Positions 51,166 through 60,556 of a DNA stretch of 64,000 nucleotides are shown one piece after another (position 1 is the stretch's first letter; each line of letters begins with the position of its first letter). This DNA comes from Alphaproteobacteria bacterium (GTDB lineage: Bacteria; Pseudomonadota; Alphaproteobacteria; GCA-2731375). The stretch spans positions 1-64,000 of the forward strand of contig CBDDPY010000002.1 of assembly GCA_965232515.1 (NCBI GenBank), given 5' to 3'. The translations under genes were made by a program, and so were the position numbers. The notes under the pieces are model-generated. The model saw nothing but the letters and a program-made list of their open reading frames with translations. It did not search any database and had not been told where the DNA came from.

Positions 51166-52242
51166 ATGCGCTTCGTCTTCAAGACCAAATACCAGCAGGA
51201 CATCAACGTCTGGCGGCACCCGGGCGACCTGTTCTGGTACGGCCTGCTGCTGGTCTTGATGCTGCTGGCGCCGCTGGTGTTGGACGATTTCTACATGGGC
51301 GAACTGGCGGCCGTGCTGATCTGGGCCGTGGCCGGCGTCGGCCTCATGCTGCTGGTCGGCTTCACGGGCCTGGTCAGCCTCGGCCACGCGGCGTTTCTCG
51401 GCATCGGCGCCTACACCAACGCCTGGCTTCTGGCGCAGGGCGTGCCGTTCCTGATCAGCTTCCCGGTCGCGGGATTGGCAGCCGCCGCGGCGGGCGTCGC
51501 CATCGGCGTGCCGACACTGCGCATGACCGGCATCTATCTCGCCATCGCCACGCTGGCGTTTGCCATCATCGTCGAGCACATCTTCTCGAAGTGGAGCTCG
51601 GTCACCGGCGGTTTCGACGGCCTGCCCGTCGATGCGCCGGATCTGTTCGGCTACGAGCTCTGGGAACCGTGGGAGTTCTACTACCTCTGTCTCGCGGTGC
51701 TGGTGCTGGTGCTGTGGATGGCGGCGAACGTGCTGCGCTCGCCGTTCGGCCGGGCCATGGTGGCGATCCGCGATTCCGAGATCTCGGCCCAGTCCATGGG
51801 CATCAACCTCGCCTGGACCAAGACGCTGGCCTTCGCCTTCAGCGCCGGCATCACCGGTCTCGGCGGCGCGCTGTTCGGGCACTACGTCCAGCATCTGGCG
51901 CCCGACTCCTTCAACATCCTGCTGTCGATCCAGCTCCTGTTGATGGTCGTGGTCGGCGGCGTCGGCTCGCTGCACGGCGCCATCTTCGGGGCCATGTTCA
52001 TCGGCGTGCTGCCGCAATCGATCGCCATCATGCGCGACTACCTGCCGGCGGCGATCGGCCAGACGCCGGGGCTCGAGCCCGGTATCTTCGGCCTGATCCT
52101 GGTGCTGATCATCCTGTTCGAGCCGCTCGGCATCTACGGCCGCTGGCTCAAGATCAAGCTCTATTTCAATCTCTTCCCGCTCTACAAGAAGGCGACGTTC
52201 AGGCGGCAGAAGGCCTACCTGAAGACCGAGCGGTTGCGATGA
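51166..52242 (+). CDS. Liv-type ABC permease (LivM-like)
   Basis: GFTGLVSLGHAAF, YLAIATLAF, AIRDSEISA..MG. Confidence 0.92.
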   Translation: MRFVFKTKYQQDINVWRHPGDLFWYGLLLVLMLLAPLVLDDFYMGELAAVLIWAVAGVGLMLLVGFTGLVSLGHAAFLGIGAYTNAWLLAQGVPFLISFPVAGLAAAAAGVAIGVPTLRMTGIYLAIATLAFAIIVEHIFSKWSSVTGGFDGLPVDAPDLFGYELWEPWEFYYLCLAVLVLVLWMAANVLRSPFGRAMVAIRDSEISAQSMGINLAWTKTLAFAFSAGITGLGGALFGHYVQHLAPDSFNILLSIQLLLMVVVGGVGSLHGAIFGAMFIGVLPQSIAIMRDYLPAAIGQTPGLEPGIFGLILVLIILFEPLGIYGRWLKIKLYFNLFPLYKKATFRRQKAYLKTERLR

Positions 52243-52997
52243 CCTTCTTCCGCGCCGATGCGCTCTCGATCCAGTTCGGCGGCATCCGCGCCGTCGACAA
52301 TGTCTCGTTCGAGGTCGAGCCGGGCGAGGTCTTCACGATCATCGGGCCCAACGGCGCCGGCAAGACCACGATCTTCAACCTGATCAGCCGCATCTACGAC
52401 GCGACCGACGGCCAGCTCACGTTCTGCGACCAGGACATCACCAAGCTGCCGCCGCACCGCATCGCCGGGCTCGGCATCGCCCGCACGTTCCAGAATATCG
52501 AGCTGTTCGAGCATGCGACCGTGCTGCAGAACCTGCTGATCGGCCGGCATTGCCACCGGCGCTCGAACCTGTTCTCCGAGATCCTGTTCCTGCCGTCGGT
52601 GCGCGATATGGAGATCGAACATCGCCGCCGGGTCGAGGATGTGATCGATTTTCTCGATCTGCAGCATTACCGCGAGACCATGATCGCCAGTCTTCCCTAC
52701 GGCGCCCGCAAGGTCGTCGAGCTCGGCCGGGCGCTTTGCACCGAGCCGAAGCTCCTGCTGCTGGACGAACCGTCCTCGGGCCTCAATGTCGAGGAGACCG
52801 AGGACATGGCCTTCTGGATCGAGGACATCAAGAACGATCTCGGCATCACCGTGCTGATGGTCGAGCACGACATGAGCCTGGTCAGCCGCGTCTCCGACCG
52901 CGTGCTGGCGCTGAACTACGGCCAGGTGCTGGCCGAAGGCACGCCCGCCGAAGTGCAGCGCAACGACGAGGTCATCAAGGCCTATATCGGAGGCTAG
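52239..52997 (+). CDS. Liv-type ABC ATPase (LivG-like)
   Basis: GPNGAGKTT, RTFQN, LPYG, LLLDEP, VEHDM. Confidence 0.93.
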   Translation: MTFFRADALSIQFGGIRAVDNVSFEVEPGEVFTIIGPNGAGKTTIFNLISRIYDATDGQLTFCDQDITKLPPHRIAGLGIARTFQNIELFEHATVLQNLLIGRHCHRRSNLFSEILFLPSVRDMEIEHRRRVEDVIDFLDLQHYRETMIASLPYGARKVVELGRALCTEPKLLLLDEPSSGLNVEETEDMAFWIEDIKNDLGITVLMVEHDMSLVSRVSDRVLALNYGQVLAEGTPAEVQRNDEVIKAYIGG

Positions 52998-52999
52998 GA

Positions 53000-53773
53000 G
53001 TGAGCGAACCGCTTCTGAAGGTCAGCAATATCGAGACCTACTACGGGCCGATCATGGCGATCCGCGGCGTCAGCCTGGAGGTGCCGCAGGGCAAGATCGT
53101 CACCGTGCTGGGCGCCAACGGCGCCGGCAAGACCACGATCCTGAAAACCATCAGCGGCGTCATGGACCCGCGCAAGGGAACGGTCGTGTTCGACGGCCAG
53201 GAGGTGACGCGCCAGAACCCCGACTGGATCATGCGCCAGGGCATCTGCCATGTGCCCGAGGGCCGCGAGGTGTTTCCGTTCCTGTCGGTGCGCGAGAACC
53301 TGATCATGGGCGCCTACACGCGGAACGACCGAGCTGCTATCGCCCGCGACATCGACATGGCCTTCGACTATTTCCCCGTCCTGAAGGAGCGCGCCGACCA
53401 GCGTGCCGGCCAGCTCTCGGGCGGCGAGCAGCAGATGCTGGTGATCAGCCGGGCGCTGATGGGCGAGCCGAAGCTGCTGCTGCTGGACGAGCCATCGCTC
53501 GGCCTGTCGCCGATCCTGGTGAAGCAGATCTTCGAGATCATCGGCCGTATCAACCGCGAGCAGAACGTGACCATGCTGCTCGTCGAGCAGAATGCGCACA
53601 TGGCGCTCAGCACCGCCGACTACGGCTATGTGCTGGAGGTCGGCCGCATCGTCATGGAGGACGACTGCAAGGCGCTGATGGAAAAAGAGGACATCCAGGA
53701 GTTCTATCTCGGCGTCAAGGACGAGGGCGTGCGCGGCAAGCGCCGCTGGAAGCGGAAGAAGCTCTGGCGTTAA
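53000..53773 (+). CDS. Liv-type ABC ATPase (LivF-like)
   Basis: GANGAGKTT, VPEGR, LSGGEQQM, VEQN; GTG start. Confidence 0.93.
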   Translation: MSEPLLKVSNIETYYGPIMAIRGVSLEVPQGKIVTVLGANGAGKTTILKTISGVMDPRKGTVVFDGQEVTRQNPDWIMRQGICHVPEGREVFPFLSVRENLIMGAYTRNDRAAIARDIDMAFDYFPVLKERADQRAGQLSGGEQQMLVISRALMGEPKLLLLDEPSLGLSPILVKQIFEIIGRINREQNVTMLLVEQNAHMALSTADYGYVLEVGRIVMEDDCKALMEKEDIQEFYLGVKDEGVRGKRRWKRKKLWR

Positions 53774-53802
53774 GACCGTCGGAGCGGGAGTGGGCCCAAC
53801 CA

Positions 53803-55680
53803 ATGAATGACCAGGTAAATAGTCGCAGCGTCACCACCGACCGTGGCGCCAACCTGACGATCTACGAGGACCCCGCCGTCGGCGACACCGTTCCGAAGTT
53901 GTTCTGGTCCCGGGTGCGCGATTGGTCGGACCGCGTGATCATCCGCGAGAAGGACTTCGGCATCTGGCAGGCCATCACCTGGGCCGAGCTCGGCGAGCGC
54001 GCCCGCCATGTCGGCATGGCGCTGCAGTCGATCGGCTTCGGTCAGGGCGATGTCGTCTGCGTTTTGTCGAACAACAAGCCCGAATGGGTCTATGCCGACA
54101 TGGGCACGCTCGGCGTCGGCGGCGTCTGCGCCGGGATCTATCCGACCGACGCGCCGTCCCAGGTCGCTTATCTTGTGAACGACTCCCGTTGCTCGGTGAT
54201 GTTCGTCGAGGACGAGGAGCAGCTCGACAAGGTGCTGCAGGTGCGCGAGCAGTGTCCGACGCTGCGGCGCATCGTGATCTTCGACATGGAGGGCCTTCGC
54301 GAGCTGAACGATCCCATGTGTTCCAGCATGGAAGCGTTCATGGCCGCCGGCGCCGAACATGACGCGGCCAACCCCGGCGCCTGGGAGGCCGCGCTCGAGC
54401 TTGCCAAGCCCGACGACCTCGCGGTCCTTGTCTATACCTCGGGCACGACGGGGCCGCCCAAGGGCGCCATGCTCAGCCACCGCAACGTGGTTTTCCAATG
54501 CGTCAACGGCACGCGGATCCTGCCGGAAGGCGCCGGCGACGAGCGTCTCGCCTTCCTGCCCATGTGCCATGTCGCCGAGCGGGTGCTGGGCTGCTATTAC
54601 GCGCTTTACAGCGGCGCCGTCTCCAATTTCATCGAGAATCCCGACACCGTTCCCGAGAACGTGCGCGAGGTGCAGCCGACCGTGTTCGGCGCCGTGCCGC
54701 GCGTCTGGGAGAAGTTCTATTCCGGCATCATGGTGGCGCTGTCCGATGCGACGCCGCTCCAGCGCTGGGCCTACGAGAAGGCGATCGCCGTCGGCTACCG
54801 CGTCGCCGACCTGCGGCTCGCCGGCGATTCCGTCCCGGCGCTGCTGCAATGGCAGTTCAAGCTGGCGCATTTCCTGGTCTTGAAGAACATCCGCCGGATG
54901 ATCGGCATCGAACGCTGCCGCTGGCTGGTCACGGGCGCGGCGCCGATCTCGCCCGAGCTGATCCGCTGGTACCTGGCGTTGGGCGTCGACATGCTCGAGG
55001 TCTACGGCCAGACCGAATGCACCGGGCTTGCCACCGCCATGCATCCGGCCGAGATCAAGCCGGGCACGATCGGCAAGTCGGTACCCTATGCCGAGGTCGC
55101 GCTGTCGCCCGAGGGCGAGATCCTGCTGCGCGGCGACCACGTCTTCATGGGCTATCTGAACCAGCCCGAGAAGACCGCCGAGACAATCCGCGACGGCTGG
55201 CTGCATACCGGCGATGTTGGCGAGATCGACAACCGGGGCTTCGTCAAGATCACCGACCGCATGAAGGACATCATCATCACCGCGGGCGGCAAGAACATCA
55301 CGCCGAGCGAGATCGAGAACGAGCTGAAGTTCAGCCCCTACATCGCGGACGCCGTGGTGATCGGCGACGCCCGGAAGTACCTCACCTGCCTGATCATGAT
55401 CGACCACGAGAACGTCGAGAAATACGCGCAGGACAACGACGTGCCCTTTACGAACTTCACCAGCCTCACGCGCGCGCCGGAGATCACCAAGCTGATCGGC
55501 GACGAGGTCGAAAAGGCGAACACCAAGTTCGCCCGCGTCGAGACCATCAAGCAGTTCCGCCTGATCGAGCATCAACTCGACCCCGAGGACGAAGAGCTGA
55601 CGCCGACCATGAAGCTGAAACGCAAGTTCGTGAACGAGAAGTACAGCCCCTTGATCGAATCCATGTATCAGGGCGCCTGA
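53803..55680 (+). CDS. long-chain fatty acid--CoA ligase (AMP-forming)
   Basis: YTSGTTGPPKG, YGQTE, GWLHTGD, DRMKDIIITAGGKNI, ELTPTMKLKR. Confidence 0.93.
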   Translation: MNDQVNSRSVTTDRGANLTIYEDPAVGDTVPKLFWSRVRDWSDRVIIREKDFGIWQAITWAELGERARHVGMALQSIGFGQGDVVCVLSNNKPEWVYADMGTLGVGGVCAGIYPTDAPSQVAYLVNDSRCSVMFVEDEEQLDKVLQVREQCPTLRRIVIFDMEGLRELNDPMCSSMEAFMAAGAEHDAANPGAWEAALELAKPDDLAVLVYTSGTTGPPKGAMLSHRNVVFQCVNGTRILPEGAGDERLAFLPMCHVAERVLGCYYALYSGAVSNFIENPDTVPENVREVQPTVFGAVPRVWEKFYSGIMVALSDATPLQRWAYEKAIAVGYRVADLRLAGDSVPALLQWQFKLAHFLVLKNIRRMIGIERCRWLVTGAAPISPELIRWYLALGVDMLEVYGQTECTGLATAMHPAEIKPGTIGKSVPYAEVALSPEGEILLRGDHVFMGYLNQPEKTAETIRDGWLHTGDVGEIDNRGFVKITDRMKDIIITAGGKNITPSEIENELKFSPYIADAVVIGDARKYLTCLIMIDHENVEKYAQDNDVPFTNFTSLTRAPEITKLIGDEVEKANTKFARVETIKQFRLIEHQLDPEDEELTPTMKLKRKFVNEKYSPLIESMYQGA

Positions 55681-55724
55681 TCGCTGTTACACTTGTGCCA
55701 ACCGTGGAATAGGGGAGTGAACGC

Positions 55725-56903
55725 ATGACCACCCGTAAATTGACGGTCGCGCTGCTGTCAGCGGCGGCCGGACTTTCGGCCTTCGGCCTTGCCGCCGGCG
55801 CACAGGCGGCCGGCGTTACCGACAGCGAGATCATCGTCGGCTCGCATTCGGATCTTTCCGGCGTCGCTTCTGTCTGGGGCGCGCCCTCGACGAACGCCAT
55901 GCGGCTGCGCTTCGAGGAAGTCAATAACGCCGGCGGCATCCATGGCCGCAAGATCAGGTTCGTGGTCGAGGACAATCAGTATCAGGTGCCGCGCGCCGTG
56001 CAGGCGGCCAACAAGCTGCTGAACCGCGACAAGATCTTCGTCATGCTGGGCGCGCTGGGCACGCCGATGAACAATGCCGTGATGAAGCGGCAGCTGGCGA
56101 AGAACGTGCCGAACCTGTTCCCGTTCTCATCCTCGAAGGCGATGTCCGAGCCGTTCCATCGCCTCAAGTTCATGCAGCTTTCGTCCTACTACGACCAGAT
56201 CCGGGCCGGCACCAAGCACTTCGTCGAGGTGCGCGGCAAGCAGAAGGTCTGCGCGATGTATCAGGACACCGACTACGGTCGTGAGACGTTCAACGCGGCC
56301 GTCGATCAGCTCGAGTCCATGGGCATGAAGCTGGCGGAATCCTCGGCGCACAAGCCGACCGACGCCGACTTCACGGCCGCCATCGGCAAGCTGCGCAACG
56401 CCGGCTGCGACGCCATCGCCATGGGCACGATCATCAAGGACACGATCCTGCCGGTCGCCACGGCCAAGAAGATCGGCTACGACGTCGAGTTCTTCGGCAA
56501 TGTCGCGACCTACGATCTGTTCGTGTCGGGCGCCAAGGGCGGCGTCACCGAGGGCTACTACGCCATGACCTCGTTCGAGATCGCCTATCCCGACGACCCG
56601 CGGCCCGAAGTGCAGAACTTCGTCAAGAGCTATCGCGACCGCTTCGGCAAGGACCCGAACGGCGCGGCGCAGCTCGGCTATGCCGGCGCCGACATGCTGG
56701 TCTTCGCGCTCGACAAGGCCGGCAAGGACTTGACCGTCGATTCCCTTGTCACCGCGCTCGAGAGCATCAGCAACTACCGCGACCGTTTCGGCGGCCCGAC
56801 GCTCGGCTTCGGTCCCGACGTCCGGCGCGGCACCAATGCCGCATTCCTGGCGCAGGTGCAGAACGGCCGTTGGGTCAGGCTCAGCGACAGCATGAGCTAC
56901 TGA
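55725..56903 (+). CDS. Liv-type ABC substrate-binding protein
   Basis: Signal peptide, GVTDSEI, DLSG, GGIHGRKI, LGTP. Confidence 0.92.
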   Translation: MTTRKLTVALLSAAAGLSAFGLAAGAQAAGVTDSEIIVGSHSDLSGVASVWGAPSTNAMRLRFEEVNNAGGIHGRKIRFVVEDNQYQVPRAVQAANKLLNRDKIFVMLGALGTPMNNAVMKRQLAKNVPNLFPFSSSKAMSEPFHRLKFMQLSSYYDQIRAGTKHFVEVRGKQKVCAMYQDTDYGRETFNAAVDQLESMGMKLAESSAHKPTDADFTAAIGKLRNAGCDAIAMGTIIKDTILPVATAKKIGYDVEFFGNVATYDLFVSGAKGGVTEGYYAMTSFEIAYPDDPRPEVQNFVKSYRDRFGKDPNGAAQLGYAGADMLVFALDKAGKDLTVDSLVTALESISNYRDRFGGPTLGFGPDVRRGTNAAFLAQVQNGRWVRLSDSMSY

Positions 56904-56982
56904 TCGCGGTCATCACAAGCCAGTCGGCGGCCCGGGCGACCAACGCCCGGGCCGTCTGCCATTGCGGGAGGAGAGTGGAATC

Positions 56983-58167
56983 ATGAGCGGTGTGCTTGAC
57001 GGCGTGCGGGTATTGGATTTCGGGCGCTACATCGCCGGCCCCTATTGCGCCACAATGCTGTCGTTTCTCGGCGCCGAGGTCATCCGCATCGAGCGCGTCG
57101 CCGGCAGCGAGGACCGCTACACAACGCCCGTGGGCGAGGGCGCCGGCGCGCTGTTCCTGCAGGTCAACTGCAACAAGCGCGGCCTGACGTTGAACCCGAT
57201 GAAGCCCGAGGGCCGCGAGATCGTCGCCAAGCTCGTCGCCACGGCCGACGTCATCGTCGCCAACATGCCGCCCCAGGCGCTTGCCGACATGGGCCTCGAC
57301 TATGAAACCGTCAGCGCCATCAAACCCGACATCATCCTCACCACCAACACCTGCTACGGCACCGGCGGGCCCTACAGCGATCGCGTCGGCTTCGACGGCA
57401 TCGGTCAGGCCATGTCGGGCGCCATGTACATGTCCGGCCCGGCCGACGAGCCGGTCAAGAGCAATTCGCCCTGGATCGATTTCGCCAGCGCCATGTCGGC
57501 CGCCTACGCGACGCTCGGCGCCCTGATGGAGCGCGAGCGCACGGGCAAGGGCAAGCAGGTCGAGACGGCGCTCGTCGGCACCGGGCTCACCATCGGCAAT
57601 TCGGTGCTGATCGAGCAGGCGGTGATCGAGCGCGACCGCGTCGCCAGCATGAACCGCAGCCAGACTTCGGGCCCGGCCGATACGTTCAAGACCGGCGATG
57701 GCCGCTGGATCCTGGTGCAGACCGTCGGCGATCCCATGTTCAAGCGCTGGTGCGATCTGATCGGCGAGGACCACTGGCTCAACGATCCGCGCTTCAAGGA
57801 CGACATCTCGCGTGGCGACAACGGCGAGGTCATCAGCGCCCGCATGGCCGAATGGTGCGCCGGGCGCACGCTGGACGAGGCGCTGACGGCGCTCGAGGCC
57901 GCCCGCATTCCCGCCGGTCCGGTCTATTCGCCGCAGGAGGCGCTCGACGACCCGCATATCCAGGCCATGGGCTTCCTGCAGCCGACCGCCTATCCCGGCG
58001 TGTCGGTGCCGCCGCCGGTCGCCGGCGCGCCGTTCCGCCCGACGGCCCACGACAGCGGCGTCCGCCACCGCGCCCCGACGCTGGGCGAGCACACCGACGA
58101 GATCCTGGCGTCTCTCGGCTACGGCACGGACGAGATCGCGGCGTTGCGGGAGAAGCGGGTGGTGTGA
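56983..58167 (+). CDS. CaiB/BaiF family III CoA-transferase
   Basis: LDGVRVLDF..YIAGP, GAEVIRIE, NCNKR, GFD..GQAMSG, APTLGEHT. Confidence 0.93.
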   Translation: MSGVLDGVRVLDFGRYIAGPYCATMLSFLGAEVIRIERVAGSEDRYTTPVGEGAGALFLQVNCNKRGLTLNPMKPEGREIVAKLVATADVIVANMPPQALADMGLDYETVSAIKPDIILTTNTCYGTGGPYSDRVGFDGIGQAMSGAMYMSGPADEPVKSNSPWIDFASAMSAAYATLGALMERERTGKGKQVETALVGTGLTIGNSVLIEQAVIERDRVASMNRSQTSGPADTFKTGDGRWILVQTVGDPMFKRWCDLIGEDHWLNDPRFKDDISRGDNGEVISARMAEWCAGRTLDEALTALEAARIPAGPVYSPQEALDDPHIQAMGFLQPTAYPGVSVPPPVAGAPFRPTAHDSGVRHRAPTLGEHTDEILASLGYGTDEIAALREKRVV

Positions 58168-58255
58168 ACAACGCCGCCGGCTGTCACGCGTATTTCGGTT
58201 CTGTAGGTTATTATCCGCCGGATGATTCGATCAAAGCAGGCGGGAAGGATCGGAC

Positions 58256-59326
58256 GTGCCCCGCAAGGCTGAGAAACCCGTCAGCGCGGTCAGCCTGACG
58301 GCCGTCGTCGTCGCCGTTACCGAGGAGGTGCCGCGCGTGCTGGTCGCCCGGCGCATGCGGCACGATCTGGCGACGCCGGCCCAGCAGGGCGACGGCGAGG
58401 CGGCGATGCCGGGCGACAGCCCGGATACGCTGCCCTACGGCCCTTTCGATCCGGTCCGGCATCGCACGCTGGAGCTGGGTTTGCGCGGCTGGGTTGCCGA
58501 ACAGACCGGCATCGAACTGCCCTACGTGGAACAGCTCTACACCTTCGGCAACCAGTACCGCGATCCGCGCGAACTGACGGGCGAGCCGCGGCTGGTTTCC
58601 GTCGCCTATCTTGTCCTGACCCACGAGACGCCGGTGTCGGGCAGCGGCGAGGCCCACTGGCACGACATTTACGCGTTCCTGCCCTGGGAGGACTGGCGCG
58701 CCGGCCGGCCCACCGTGGTCGACGCGGTGATCCGGCCCAGCCTCGCCCGCTGGGTCGACGCGGCCCGCAGTCCCGCCGCCAAGGCGCGGCGGCGCGAGCG
58801 GGTCGCCATCAGCTTCGGTTTCGACAGCGCCGGGCCCGCCGACGTCGTGCGCACGCTCGATCGCTACGAGCTGCTCTACGAGGCCGGCTTGGTGCTGGAG
58901 GCGCTGCGCGACCGCCGGCAGATGGCGCACGCCACCGGCGGCAAGCCGCCGCGGCAGAGCCGCAAATCAGTCGAGACGGCGGCCGAGGTGGGGGCGCCCA
59001 TGGCCCTCGACAATCGCCGGATTCTCGCCGCCGCGCTGGGACGTATGCGCGGCAAGCTCGCCTACCGGCCCGTCGTGTTTGAGCTGCTGCCGCCCGACTT
59101 CACGCTGCTACAGCTCCAGCGCGTGGTCGAGGCGTTGACCGGCACGCGGCTGCACAAGCAGAACTTCCGCCGCACGATCCAGAACGCCGAGCTGGTCGAG
59201 CCGGTGGGGCGCTATGAGACCGCCGCCCGCGGTCGTCCGGCGGAATTGTTCCGTTTCCGCCGCGACGTCCTGACCGAACGTCCCGCCGTCGGTGTCGGCC
59301 TGCCCGCCATGCGGGCCGCGGAATAG
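58256..59326 (+). CDS. nadQ: NAD biosynthesis regulator NadQ (Nudix-like plus wHTH)
   Basis: LPYGPF.P..HRTLE.GLR.WV.EQT, YVEQLYTFG, RGKLAYRPVVFEL, FTL.QLQ, LHKQNFRR, GRPAELF; directly upstream of nadA. Confidence 0.85.
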   Translation: MPRKAEKPVSAVSLTAVVVAVTEEVPRVLVARRMRHDLATPAQQGDGEAAMPGDSPDTLPYGPFDPVRHRTLELGLRGWVAEQTGIELPYVEQLYTFGNQYRDPRELTGEPRLVSVAYLVLTHETPVSGSGEAHWHDIYAFLPWEDWRAGRPTVVDAVIRPSLARWVDAARSPAAKARRRERVAISFGFDSAGPADVVRTLDRYELLYEAGLVLEALRDRRQMAHATGGKPPRQSRKSVETAAEVGAPMALDNRRILAAALGRMRGKLAYRPVVFELLPPDFTLLQLQRVVEALTGTRLHKQNFRRTIQNAELVEPVGRYETAARGRPAELFRFRRDVLTERPAVGVGLPAMRAAE

Positions 59327-59433
59327 GCGACCGCGCCGCCAGTTTCTTTAAGGTTAATCAAGGGCTTGCGCCGCATTCATGCGGGCCGGACTTGCGTCTG
59401 TGTCGTCGCCGCGCAGACGGAAAATTTTTCCTG

Positions 59434-59487
59434 TTGACATTGATATGCTCGTAGTGAGCATAATTATATATGCTCATATCGAGCATT
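59434..59487 (+). promoter_or_regulatory. nadA promoter with two tandem NadQ-type operators
   Basis: TTGACA at 59434; palindromes TATGCTC-gtagt-GAGCATA (59444..59462) and ATGCTC-atatc-GAGCAT (59470..59486). Confidence 0.85.
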
Positions 59488-59540
59488 AACGATGCCGGCC
59501 CAATCCGGCCGGTGTCGCCAACGGGTAGGGACAGGAAACC

Positions 59541-60545
59541 ATGTCACTCGCAGACGCCCCCGACTACACGCCCGAGATCGCGGCCGCGACCGCGCCGATC
59601 TACGAGCGCGTCAAGACCGTGATTCCCGAGATCGAATGGCCGTTCCACGCGCCCTATGTGGACGCCATTAACCGTCTTAAAGCCCAGCGCAACGCCGTGA
59701 TCCTGGCGCACAATTATCAGACGCCGGAGATCTTTCACTGCGTCGCCGACATCGTCGGCGACTCGCTGGCGCTGGCCCGCCGGGCCGTCGATGCCGAGGC
59801 CGACGTCATTGTGCTGGCGGGCGTGCACTTCATGGCCGAGACCGCGAAGCTGCTGAACCCGGAGAAGACCGTGCTGATCCCGGACGCGCGGGCCGGCTGC
59901 TCGCTCGCCGAGTCGATAACCGGTGCCGACGTGCGGTTGCTCCGCGAACGCTATCCCGGCGTACCGATCGTGACCTACGTGAATACCTCGGCCGAGGTGA
60001 AGGCCGAGTCGGATATCTGCTGCACCTCGGGCAACGCCGTGAAGGTCGTCGAGTCGCTCGGCACCGACCGGGTGATCTTCCTGCCCGATGAATACCTCGC
60101 CAAATACGTCGCGACCCAGACCGATGTCGAGATCATCGCCTGGCAGGGCCATTGCGAGGTGCACGAGCGTTTCACCGGCAAGGAAATTGAGAATTACCGC
60201 AAGGGCGTCGATGGCCTGGTCGTCATCGCGCACCCCGAATGCCCGCCCGACGTGCTGGCGGCCGCCGACTTCGTCGGTTCGACCGCGCAGATGATCAGCC
60301 ATGTGCGCGACAAGCGGCCGCCCAAGGTGCTGATGGTCACTGAATGCTCGATGAGCGACAACGTCGCCGCCGAGGTGCAGGACGTCGAGTTCATCCGGCC
60401 GTGCAATCTGTGCCCGCACATGAAGCGGATCACGCTCGCCAACATCCACGAGTCGCTGTTGACGCTGACGCCGAAGGTCGAGATCGACCCGGCCGTCGCC
60501 GAACGCGCCCGTGGCGCCGTCGAACGCATGCTGGCGATCGGCTAG
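59541..60545 (+). CDS. nadA: quinolinate synthase
   Basis: [47 protein letters not shown]. Confidence 0.97.
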   Translation: MSLADAPDYTPEIAAATAPIYERVKTVIPEIEWPFHAPYVDAINRLKAQRNAVILAHNYQTPEIFHCVADIVGDSLALARRAVDAEADVIVLAGVHFMAETAKLLNPEKTVLIPDARAGCSLAESITGADVRLLRERYPGVPIVTYVNTSAEVKAESDICCTSGNAVKVVESLGTDRVIFLPDEYLAKYVATQTDVEIIAWQGHCEVHERFTGKEIENYRKGVDGLVVIAHPECPPDVLAAADFVGSTAQMISHVRDKRPPKVLMVTECSMSDNVAAEVQDVEFIRPCNLCPHMKRITLANIHESLLTLTPKVEIDPAVAERARGAVERMLAIG

Positions 60546-60556
60546 GCGGGTCCGTC

